Source: Candidatus Iainarchaeum sp. (GTDB taxonomy: Archaea > Iainarchaeota > Iainarchaeia > JAGGVJ01). From it: 64,000 nucleotides of DNA. Below, in pieces: positions 18,801-26,162 of this stretch. Both the position numbers and the translations under genes were made by a program. The stretch spans positions 36,474 to 100,473 of the forward strand of contig JAGGVJ010000040.1 in assembly GCA_021158055.1 (NCBI GenBank), given 5' to 3'. Below the pieces are notes generated by a model, which did no database searches, was not told the DNA's origin, and worked only from the letters and a program-made list of their open reading frames with translations. Every line of letters starts with the position of its first letter. Position 1 is the first letter of the stretch.

Positions 18801-21197
18801 CCCGGTTATTGCCCTTGAAAAACCGTAATTCATGCAGATTTCCTGCGTGCATTCAACCGTATTTTGCGTCACTGAAAATTCAACGGGTGTGGTGGCTGCG
18901 TAAAGCGGCTGTTTTCCTTCAGAGTCAATCAAAGTTCCAAGTTCTTCGTCAAACGGGCTTCTTTCCATGCCGCCCAGGTTTATGTAAGTCCAGCCCCTGA
19001 AATTGAATTTCACTCTCTCGCCCAAAACCACGTTGTCTTTCACCTGAACTGCAAAGTCCACAACATGCGTTCCTTTCCCGACATCTTTTCCAACCACCTG
19101 CACCCACTTGTTCATCTGTCCTGAAAGCGTGGTTCCTGCCATGTCAATATCCTGTCCAAGCGGGGGGTTGTGGGTCGTGCCTGAAGACGGTTCTCCCATC
19201 GCCTGCATCACTCCCGTGATTGCAACATTGTCTTTTGCTGAAAAGTCGTTTTCTTCAAGGCCTGTCATCAAAAACAACCCTGCCTCGTCTGACGCGGCGG
19301 CCGTGTTCAACGCGACTCTTGCGCGGTACTGCTTGCTTTCAACAACGCTTTCTACCCTGTTTCCGAACCTGTCGAACAAGCCGATGAAAACCGCGCCCGT
19401 GGAATCCGCGGGGCTGAAAAGCTGTACATCTATGCGGTTTTCTTTTGAAGAGTCAATGTTTATGACATGGGAAAAGTATTTTGCGCTGCCAGGCGATTCA
19501 ACGACTGCGTAAGCCTGTATGCCTTCAACAACGTCAAACTCGGCAACCCCATTTGAATCCGTGACAGTCGGCGACGAAAGCTCTTTGCCTAAAACCGTTG
19601 CCGCATTGTCAAATAAAATCACGCTTGCTCCTGAAACCGGGTTTTCTTCTTTTGTCACTTTGACCGTGACTTTTGTCTGCGTTGCGCTTATGTCAATCAT
19701 TGGTTCCTGCGTGGTCGGAGTTTCCACTGGTTTTGCCACTCCGACTTTGGAGCCGACGTATGCCTTTGCAATGACTGTCTTGTTGTTCGGAACGTCGCTG
19801 AACTCCGCGCAACCGCTTGAACCGGTCAATTCTGACGGGATTCCCAGCACTTTTGACGCAGTCTCAAAAAGAACAACCGGCACACCGTTTAACGGTGCCT
19901 TGGTGTCTTCTTCGCGGACACACACTCTAAGGGTTGATGTATTTTCCTTGGTTGACAGCTCCATTGAAGCCAAAACTGATTCCCCTGCCCCGACATCTGT
20001 CCTGACAAACGGGACATAGTTGCCTGAGTAGACAGAAACCATGTATTTTTTTGACTTGTCCACAAGAACTTTTCCTGTCCCGTCGATGTCCTGCGATTTC
20101 ACGAGAACGCCGTCCAGATAAACGTTTACGGCTGCTTCAAGGGGTGTTCCGGTCATGGTTCTTGCAGTGACGTTTATAAAGTCGCTGTTTGCAAAATCAG
20201 CTGTTGAAATAATCATTTCAAGTTTGTTTTCAGCGTTTGAAAGGACCTGAACGGCTTTTTCAGTCTGGCTCAAGTACTCTTCTTTTGACACCGTCACGTT
20301 GTAAAGTCCTGGTATCAGCCCTCTTAAAACTGTTTTTCCGTCAACGTCGGTCTTTTCAGAAGACGCGAGTTCTGCAACGCCTTTTGGGCGGGCTTCAACC
20401 TCCGCTCCTTCAACTGCATCGCCGTTTATGTCTTCAATGTAAACCAGTAAATCTGCAGGTTCGCTTTCATCGGCTTCAAGGCTTATGGAGAGCTCCTGGT
20501 CTGAGTTGAACGTGAATGTTTCGCTTTTTTCCTGATAGCCCGGGGATGTGAAAACAAGGTCAATGTCTTGTCCCTGCGGAACTATCGCTTCAATTACCCC
20601 GTTTTCTTTTATGGTGTATGTTCCAAGGTCTTCTCCTTCTTTCATTACCTTGACTGTGCCTTCCCTTACAATGCTGTCAAAATCGGTTGTGACTCTCATC
20701 ACTACTTTCACGTTTGTTTTTTCAAGTTTTGAAAGCGAAAAATCCTGCTGAAGCGAAGTGAAATAAAAGGATTTGTCAAGGGTTTCGTAGTCATACTTTG
20801 TTATCTCTACTGTGCCGTAACTATTGAGCTTGTCGAAATTTTCTATTGTTGCAATTCCTTTTGAATCGGTTTTTCCGATAAACGAGCTTAAGGTATCCGG
20901 GTAGGTTATCCTGACATCAGCCCCTTCAATGGCTGCTCCTGTTTCCGCATCAACGACTTTTACCTGAAGCGTTCCAGAGGCGGGGGTGCCAAGCATGAAA
21001 AACGCGACAAGCCCAATGAAAAAAATCGTCAAAAATAACGGGAAAACAGGTATGTTCTTGTCTTCAAGCGCGTCTATTACGCGGTAAACAGGGATTCCGT
21101 GGTCATCCACAAAATCCATCAAACCAAAAAACTTGTTTTCCACGCCGTAATAAAAGTCGTTCAAATTGTCTTTAACTGACTTGGATGCCAACTTCAT
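12900..21197 (-). CDS. Giant N-terminally anchored surface protein B (2765 aa), paralog of A, with C-terminal hydrophobic hairpin and long coiled coil
   Basis: GGGGGT SD + ATG; N-terminus DFYYGVENKFFGLMDFVDDHGIPVYRVIDALEDKNIPVFP matches protein A; CarboxypepD-reg-like repeats (VVDAETGAAIEGADV, IEDINGDAVEGAEV). Confidence 0.88.
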   Translation of the reverse strand: MKLASKSVKDNLNDFYYGVENKFFGLMDFVDDHGIPVYRVIDALEDKNIPVFPLFLTIFFIGLVAFFMLGTPASGTLQVKVVDAETGAAIEGADVRITYPDTLSSFIGKTDSKGIATIENFDKLNSYGTVEITKYDYETLDKSFYFTSLQQDFSLSKLEKTNVKVVMRVTTDFDSIVREGTVKVMKEGEDLGTYTIKENGVIEAIVPQGQDIDLVFTSPGYQEKSETFTFNSDQELSISLEADESEPADLLVYIEDINGDAVEGAEVEARPKGVAELASSEKTDVDGKTVLRGLIPGLYNVTVSKEEYLSQTEKAVQVLSNAENKLEMIISTADFANSDFINVTARTMTGTPLEAAVNVYLDGVLVKSQDIDGTGKVLVDKSKKYMVSVYSGNYVPFVRTDVGAGESVLASMELSTKENTSTLRVCVREEDTKAPLNGVPVVLFETASKVLGIPSELTGSSGCAEFSDVPNNKTVIAKAYVGSKVGVAKPVETPTTQEPMIDISATQTKVTVKVTKEENPVSGASVILFDNAATVLGKELSSPTVTDSNGVAEFDVVEGIQAYAVVESPGSAKYFSHVINIDSSKENRIDVQLFSPADSTGAVFIGLFDRFGNRVESVVESKQYRARVALNTAAASDEAGLFLMTGLEENDFSAKDNVAITGVMQAMGEPSSGTTHNPPLGQDIDMAGTTLSGQMNKWVQVVGKDVGKGTHVVDFAVQVKDNVVLGERVKFNFRGWTYINLGGMERSPFDEELGTLIDSEGKQPLYAATTPVEFSVTQNTVECTQEICMNYGFSRAITGEEIKDLTASEAYLSAVYSLGIEVQAKQDLEDLQVEILNSDASLDFVSYHYLGTQTQLDDEAHALAVNLESLGKNRGTGLEAVFVPTAENNSASVKIIVKRSGEVLIEKELFLKVVAGLGLSVFVEPEMAVAGEKTQFMITVLRAGDFEAVTDATIKLVNNIGKPLGNKTITITGKDKRNRGRNGVYATTIEPASGVIAVNVSADHFAEETILVRVGKEAAIAIDEDPFVIEIPLNIKTATKQLAIKNSSSKKLTDLQVVVERDEGFPDDDFSLELDDASITRLLGPGETTYLTFTSGYFPDSTDSASAEATIKIFAVKDNEYVTAQGRIKLLYAPKIDAQVIAECLEVTPSQTEFVVGSEDLDTAFNSMEVVLKNNCGIDLSNIVAYSSNDLDGGIFVLDCNGNQVIEGTGEEESTVIELLSADSLSGENKATVLVTFQADTLDDSENNAEDDDVVGTLVFRGENGSQDVSGELDYAVVFLDEAAALDVENKVKLKLKAGESLDILDGNAEKLVLKNRGSVTFKNIRISEKAEDWEINPNIYVNYLSETEASSTIDELEPEDTTHFEIEVDASGYSGEAGRMTGTLVIDADVYYKNKPGKVTSVSREVGLIVEIVPEEEGCLKVISSESIDFVSTTAYFDEIKSSVVIKNECGKRITRFVDFIPLNDFRLYIDFSEGSKRSLFDGETAQFDFRLKRVSKRAAIVSDSFQKGVFIAGETSSDTEILSELIMINVEIGSDLKTSDFTTEYLVHSCDPDIGITKTVSIPTKAGLSGDCSDGYCDGMQAAEYVIEKADRFMDKILTAFEGKKIRDIGCGSSKRNICTFEELLQSGLVPQDDWILNGVDLFLMDDRVTLEALKRAKTNVVSRYFNGQIVSGDYREMVNSGRISTGGDIYYDYDSHYDYDSHYDYDSHYGYDSHNDYDSHNDYDSEELLRKCGWYKVKFKPVFFARDGEIGSQFSIFVETSYVGETAACEGNALHMSTLLPWDNLSSEDAAEMKNTVFVIPKNEEDSFKGIVEEIASGLSGTELDYNLLEKDGRVKTSLDVVGGKNVVKLLFRDSANLTKEESELVDILNKDIGYPAYGVIHHDVSKFGSNIFELVIDKNALGDSSEDLNKSIGTAVSAFVEIASGAKPIGCYFGSQSTSKREGDRAKIDSFVITGLTEAPLNAKDAGRNECVFANGNWKIILPEFEGRVEVDKDGRTLIVKDAEALASLIACECTAALISFDTGTGIYGGYKIKYTGEDFTKDVFRDKIHNLRDKENEPAWATCVADVDEKFWGSTFSSDFWGESMLTDDCHSCRPEIRWSGLMTTEDGNEKVMKGDDGVKLRMNIEIKESPTINTCPAMNSACTIVTGVAVARGGAALMSWNPAGAGASAGLFVADQLVDFLVVDEILKVGFDHMAYKNKFKEAGEGFTDISTLTRSPYYTPMIAAGITAGPTAAGAICSYKKLGEEVVESSGKLKKVKGALAQPFRRLYPAIRQFKIQRAVASQVLEPDALDSSGKQLKLLVLGNKNYLDNYNIKKEIAESYKNAAGKWSKYADTLDEIARLEDDISKLDGKVAGLTKERDAILAGMKIDTAGMGDDLVYKAHLDALDTVNKEIDDSKKALKDVLDNLSKTKPAELDVKGLESAFKNANDTMNLNMEQVKGIEETITQNRAALNDLSPRLDDAGHLFKQNKQVLLEGIDEFMTAPGDTLDDMDRKFITDFRDMVNKGDDPAKLADAVSEIKGNSAFSNLTMGYDSALDNVLTSLSDFKKIEIDTSNLKKGIQTLEQGKTNLVKETGELNKLSGDIVKTMDASNKELTVRRELLKEVKDTQKMFSEFEAERVENLKKVNEQFENVWKLQGKIEGGALGKEKLLETQNELTARKGQLETDLRSLADEGVNFSDEGDDVTDALLKNTEKHSEFVAKSNEMTKGVEETEKKLESLKKVKRINPLGSAAIAGACWALDVYIAQHDNCIVTFEEV
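16014..16118 (-). repeat. In-frame 18-bp tandem repeat, about 6 units, encoding (Y/N)(D/G)YDSH
   Basis: GTGAATCATAATCATAGT-type units read directly; protein YDYDSH YDYDSH YDYDSH YGYDSH NDYDSH NDYDS. Confidence 0.95.
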
Positions 21198-21369
21198 ACC
21201 CCCGATAACCTAAATAATCACATGCGGAATTAAACCGCATTAACTTTGTTGCAACAAAAATATAAGTTTTAATAATTGAAACACTTCAGCATATATATTC
21301 TTTTTTATATACTGTTATAATACAACACATATCCGGACACAAAACCACCATGTCCACCATATACATTGT

Positions 21370-23175
21370 TTAACAACTTTCGCTTGCTGAGCCGGTGCAC
21401 ATGTCACACGACGATACTGACATGAAGTTGTCAACACACTGGAGATCAAGCCCTTCAACATAAGGCAACGTGCTCCTTGTTGCCCCCTTCCATTCTTCCT
21501 TGAGGTCTGCCCTTACACTGTCACTTACACTGTTTTCCCTTGCCAGTGAAACGCAGAACACAAACGGGACAGAAATGCCCCCGTCATCGGATGTCGTTGA
21601 ACTCATCGGGGCTTCCATCGGGTGATAAATAATCTGGTTTTCTTCCGGTTCAAAATGAGTTGTCCCGTAACCCCCCGGTATTCCAAACCCCTTATCCACA
21701 ATGGTAAAACAGGCATAAGCAGCTTCCGGAACCTGCGCGCAAAGCGCCGGCTTCAGGTTTACCTGGTCTCCAAAAGGATTTGAAATAATGCCTGATTCAG
21801 GGTACTGCACATAAGAAGTGCTTCTTGAGCACCCGTCAAAAACACCTGCTCCGTTGTCAACAGTGTACCTGAAGTACTTTGTGGGGAAAACCACTTTTTC
21901 AAGGAAACCTAAAGAATGCCTGTTTTTACTTGAATTCAGCCCTTCGCGAATAAAAAACTGCGCGCCTGAAAAAACACCATCAATTTTCCCCCTGTACTCA
22001 AGAGTGTCAAAATACAACGGCGCAAATTCAATGTTGCCGGCACTTGACTTCAGTTCCGAATTATTGCCTGAAAGAACACCCCCTATTTTTTCTGAAACAC
22101 TGTCCATGTAACTTTCGGCAGTTATCTCGCCTGAAGCATAAACATCGTCGTATTCTGAATCAAGGCATTTTCTTTCAAAATCCGTTTCAAAATACGGGGG
22201 GGTTTTGGGGTCATAGTGCACCCACACCGGCAAAGAAACTTCCGAAGAATCCGAAACAGCCACTGAAATTTCTTTTGTGCAGTCAAGCCGTGATTTTTTT
22301 CCAAAATACTCTGCTTCACCATAAATTTTGCAATCCACAGGATAATCCGACCCCCTCGTCATGCAATCGCATCCCTGTGCGCCTGTTGATTCCAGGTCGC
22401 ACAAGCCCCACGGTTTTATTTTACCAGGCCCCTCCAGATTCAGAATTTCGTCCTGGATCGCAAAGGCAATGTCTGCTGCTTTCATAAACCTTATCGGAAC
22501 AGGGACAATCAGGCTTCCCTCCGGGATCACAGAACTGACGCTTTCTTCCCCAGTGAGATTGTTTGTCATGACTATCCGCGCAATCTCATCGTTGCTTAAG
22601 TCGGCCGGGGGCTTTATTTCCACTGCAAACGAACCGTCTTTTGAACTGAAACAATCATCTGGAAAAACAAAAATATTATATCTTGTGAGGCTGCCGACCA
22701 ATCCAATACTATAGTCCCCGATATTTACAAGGTGTTCTGAATCAGTATCTTTAAACTCTCCAACCACGTCAAAAACGCTTGAAGTCATATTTGTCAATAA
22801 ACTTGTCCTGACACCGGATTCAAAAAAATCCTTCACGACCGTGCAAAAAGTGCCGCGGTCAGTTGAAACAAAAATGGCTTCTTCAAGGTCGTTGTTAAAA
22901 TACTTCTTCAAAAACATATTGTGGGTCTGGGCCTTAAACTGAAAAATCACCGTGTGAATCGCATCCATCCTTGCAAAATCAAGAGTCGCCGACTCCTTCA
23001 GAGAAGACTGGTAGTCAACAATGACACTGACCCTGTTTTTTTCAGTGTTTATTATGTTTACTATCATTACAAGAGCAATTACAAGAATCACCATCCCGAC
23101 AAGCGGGGTAAACAATGTAAACCCTTTTTTCATCTTTTGCGACACTGACATACCAGGCAACCAGGTTTTTTTCAT
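21370..23175 (-). CDS. Large pilin-like/adhesin protein with class III signal peptide (~601 aa), Cys-rich
   Basis: Likely ATG at 23175 after GGTG; KMKKG|FTLFTPLVGMVILVIALVMIV; many paired Cys. Confidence 0.75.
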   Translation of the reverse strand: MKKTWLPGMSVSQKMKKGFTLFTPLVGMVILVIALVMIVNIINTEKNRVSVIVDYQSSLKESATLDFARMDAIHTVIFQFKAQTHNMFLKKYFNNDLEEAIFVSTDRGTFCTVVKDFFESGVRTSLLTNMTSSVFDVVGEFKDTDSEHLVNIGDYSIGLVGSLTRYNIFVFPDDCFSSKDGSFAVEIKPPADLSNDEIARIVMTNNLTGEESVSSVIPEGSLIVPVPIRFMKAADIAFAIQDEILNLEGPGKIKPWGLCDLESTGAQGCDCMTRGSDYPVDCKIYGEAEYFGKKSRLDCTKEISVAVSDSSEVSLPVWVHYDPKTPPYFETDFERKCLDSEYDDVYASGEITAESYMDSVSEKIGGVLSGNNSELKSSAGNIEFAPLYFDTLEYRGKIDGVFSGAQFFIREGLNSSKNRHSLGFLEKVVFPTKYFRYTVDNGAGVFDGCSRSTSYVQYPESGIISNPFGDQVNLKPALCAQVPEAAYACFTIVDKGFGIPGGYGTTHFEPEENQIIYHPMEAPMSSTTSDDGGISVPFVFCVSLARENSVSDSVRADLKEEWKGATRSTLPYVEGLDLQCVDNFMSVSSCDMCTGSASESC

Positions 23176-23248
23176 TTTAACACCTTTATCTTCAAAAACA
23201 CTTTGTTTGTCTTCAAAAACACTTTGCTTGCACCTTACATAAATTGCT

Positions 23249-23851
23249 TTACCTGTCCCTTGCTTTCTGCAAAAACTGTTTTGCCGAAAAACCTGCTTTT
23301 TCAAGCCAACCGATATACCTTTCAAGCCACCCAAGGTACCATGCGGCATAAAACACAAACGTAAACACAAAAAGGCTTGCCCTGAAAAGCGTATTGTGGG
23401 TGAAATCCGCTGCTTCCCAGCCAAACCACACCCCGGTTGCAAGAGTCAATGCAATGCGGACCGGGTTAAACAAAAGAACTGCAAAAAAGCCAAGCCCCGC
23501 GCCGACTGCCCTGCTTTTCAGAGTCCTGTCAGTGCTTGAAAAGACAGCCGCAAAAAGAACAGCTATTTCAAGGTCGCCTGAGCAAATCCTTGAAATCACT
23601 GCCGTGAACGGGTAAAACAGGTCAGAAAAAATCAACGGCGCAGCCCCTGAAAAAATACCGGGCGTCATTTCTGCCCTGATTCCCAAAACCGCAAGCACTG
23701 CAACTGCAGAAACCGCGCTGAATGCCTGCAAAAGAGGGGTGAGCAAAAGGGAAATCAAAAACGAGACCGCTAAAAAAAGAACTGAAAATAATGCCGTGAA
23801 CTTTGCTGCCCGGATTAACTCAAAACGAAGAATATTTATTGGAATACGCAC
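23249..23851 (-). CDS. Exosortase/archaeosortase family protein
   Basis: Multi-TM; catalytic-type motifs ISRICSG (Cys), FNPVRI (Arg), FTHN (His); GGTGA SD before GTG at 23851. Confidence 0.8.
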   Translation of the reverse strand: MRIPINILRFELIRAAKFTALFSVLFLAVSFLISLLLTPLLQAFSAVSAVAVLAVLGIRAEMTPGIFSGAAPLIFSDLFYPFTAVISRICSGDLEIAVLFAAVFSSTDRTLKSRAVGAGLGFFAVLLFNPVRIALTLATGVWFGWEAADFTHNTLFRASLFVFTFVFYAAWYLGWLERYIGWLEKAGFSAKQFLQKARDR

Positions 23852-23863
23852 TTTTTTCACCTT

Positions 23864-26158
23864 ATGGGTGAAATGGATAAGGGCAAACATGTAATTAAAA
23901 GTGAGGGTGGCAAAAAAACCCTTGTAATCGATTACAGGAACTCAAAAACCGGGGCAGACATCGCAGAATACGCCGACTGCATGGAACAAGTGCTCTCTCT
24001 TTTGAGAACAAACGACGCTGACTTAGTGGTTTTGGCTGACCTGTATGAAAGGGTCTACGACGAAAAGCAGACAAAAATGCTCAAAGAAATAGCTGACCTG
24101 GCAAATTTGTTTGAAACAGAAAACCTTTGGGGCTACACATATCTCGGAAACGTAAAAACAGAAAGCGAAGTGACTTTAAGCGAGAGGCACAACCTGGTGG
24201 TCAAAATTGCCCACGACCTGCTTTTGCGCGACCCGATAAAGGCATACCTGACTCTTCTTGACACCCTGAAAAAAGAAAAAATGAGAGCAAACGCAGGAGG
24301 AAAAACCTATCCCGTCGTGTTCCTGAAAACACTGGTGTTTGTCAAAAACAAGCTTGAGGCAACCAATCTTATTTCCGTCACAAAAAACCTGATTTTAAGG
24401 CTTCACAAAGTCCCGACGGGACGAGGTTTTTATCACTCGTTTTTTGACGCGCAGATAAAGCCGTCTTTTGTGGGTTCAAGGCTTCTTTTCAAAACCGACG
24501 AAAAAGTTGAACTGGTTGACCAGTACAACGTTCTTGACGCGGAAGTGCGGGTCTACAGGCACCCTGAAAAAATCGCTTTAATGTATTACATCAACCCGCC
24601 CGAGTACTCGCTTTCGCCTGAAAAATACTTCATCTTGACAAAAACAAAAGAAGTCGTTGCAAAATACAGGCCCACAAACACAGAATTTTCAGATGCTTCC
24701 CAGTCAAGGAAATACTTCGAGCACATTTACCAGGCAACCATAAACGACATTGCAAAAGAAAACAGCATTTCCATCTCACCGCGGGAAAAAGAAGCGCTTG
24801 CAAAAATAGTGGCGCGCTACACAATCGGCTACGGCGTGCTTGAACTCCTGTTGTCTGACAGGAAACTGACAGACGTTTACCTTGATGCGCCTCTCGGAAC
24901 CAAACCTATTTATGTTGTTCACGGCGAATACGGGCAGTGCCAGACAAACGTAATCTTCACAAACGAAGAAGCCCGCTCAACAGTATCCCGGCTCAGGGCG
25001 CTTTCAGGCAGGCCTTTTGACGAAGCCCACCCTGTCATGGACTTTAACCTATCCTCGCTCCAGACAAGGGTCGCAGTCATCGGCCAGCCCCTCAGCCCGC
25101 ACGGCATAGCGTTTGCGTTGAGGCTTCACAAGACCACTCCCTGGACTTTGCCCCAGTTCATTGACGCGCACATGATTGACCACCACACAGCAGGCCTTTT
25201 GAGCTTTCTCGTGGACTCAAAGGCATCCATGCTCATAACCGGCTCAAGGGGTTCGGGAAAAAGCTCCATGCTTACCGCGCTCATGCTTGAGATCCTTCAA
25301 AACCTGAGAATCATCGTCCAGGAAGACACCCTTGAAATTCCCGCGCCGTACCTCAAAAGCATCGGCTACAACATCCAGCAGCTCAAAACCCAGAGTGCGA
25401 TTTCCGTGGGAAGAACCGAAAACGAAGTAAGCCCTGACGAGGCATTGAGAACAGCGCTTCGTCTGGGTGACTCTGTCCTGATCGTGGGTGAAGTGAGATC
25501 AAAAGAAGCAAGAGTGCTTTACGAGGCAATGCGTATCGGCGCGGTGGGAAACGTTGTCATGGGGACCATTCACGGCGAAAGCGCTTATTCCGTGTGGGAC
25601 AGGATTGTAAACGACCTTGAAGTGCCGAACACTTCCTTCAAGGCAACCGACATGGTCCTTGTCCAGGCCCCTGTTAGATTCAAGGGCTCGCTCAAACGGC
25701 ACAGGAGAGTAATCCAGCTGACTGAAGTGAAAAAGCACTGGCAAAACGACCCTGCCGCAGAAGAGGGGCTTCTTGACCTGCTCTCTTTTGACGCTTCAAA
25801 AGACGGGTGGGACCTGTTAAAGGACAACTTCAAGGACTCCGAGTACTTCCCGAAACTCAAGCGCACAACCGGCATGAGCATTGAGGAAATATGGAAGGAC
25901 ATAAAACTGCGCGGAGAATCAAAAAAATACCTTGTCGACTCAAAAAACAAATTTGAAATCCCTGCTCTTCTGGAAGCCGAAAACACTGTTCCGATGAACA
26001 ACAAATTACTGCTGATGGCTGAAGAAATGCGCAAATCCGGCGGAGGCATGGACTACGACAAGCTTCTTGAATCATGGAAAAAATGGGTTGACAACCGGTA
26101 TGTGAAAGAAATAATTGCAAAAAAAAGGCTTGTTTCAACACGTAAAATCAAAAGGTGA
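23864..26158 (+). CDS. Type IV pilus/Tad secretion ATPase (VirB11/FlaI/CpaF family) with long N-terminal extension
   Basis: Walker A ITGSRGSGKSS, Asp box QEDTLEI, Walker B LIVGEVRS, His box GTIHGES. Confidence 0.92.
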   Translation: MGEMDKGKHVIKSEGGKKTLVIDYRNSKTGADIAEYADCMEQVLSLLRTNDADLVVLADLYERVYDEKQTKMLKEIADLANLFETENLWGYTYLGNVKTESEVTLSERHNLVVKIAHDLLLRDPIKAYLTLLDTLKKEKMRANAGGKTYPVVFLKTLVFVKNKLEATNLISVTKNLILRLHKVPTGRGFYHSFFDAQIKPSFVGSRLLFKTDEKVELVDQYNVLDAEVRVYRHPEKIALMYYINPPEYSLSPEKYFILTKTKEVVAKYRPTNTEFSDASQSRKYFEHIYQATINDIAKENSISISPREKEALAKIVARYTIGYGVLELLLSDRKLTDVYLDAPLGTKPIYVVHGEYGQCQTNVIFTNEEARSTVSRLRALSGRPFDEAHPVMDFNLSSLQTRVAVIGQPLSPHGIAFALRLHKTTPWTLPQFIDAHMIDHHTAGLLSFLVDSKASMLITGSRGSGKSSMLTALMLEILQNLRIIVQEDTLEIPAPYLKSIGYNIQQLKTQSAISVGRTENEVSPDEALRTALRLGDSVLIVGEVRSKEARVLYEAMRIGAVGNVVMGTIHGESAYSVWDRIVNDLEVPNTSFKATDMVLVQAPVRFKGSLKRHRRVIQLTEVKKHWQNDPAAEEGLLDLLSFDASKDGWDLLKDNFKDSEYFPKLKRTTGMSIEEIWKDIKLRGESKKYLVDSKNKFEIPALLEAENTVPMNNKLLLMAEEMRKSGGGMDYDKLLESWKKWVDNRYVKEIIAKKRLVSTRKIKR

Positions 26159-26162
26159 AAAA

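Noticed and set aside
6556-22714. Numerous 60-210 aa ORFs antisense to or nested in the giant genes (also 32530-33417, 52377-53018, 54649-55281)
   Set aside because: Ser/Phe-rich shadow frames of E/K-rich coding strands, with no motifs or SD support
23176-23442. N-terminal 89 aa of the 690-aa ORF
   Set aside because: Overlaps the sortase gene on the same strand; the SD and class III signal support a start at 23175
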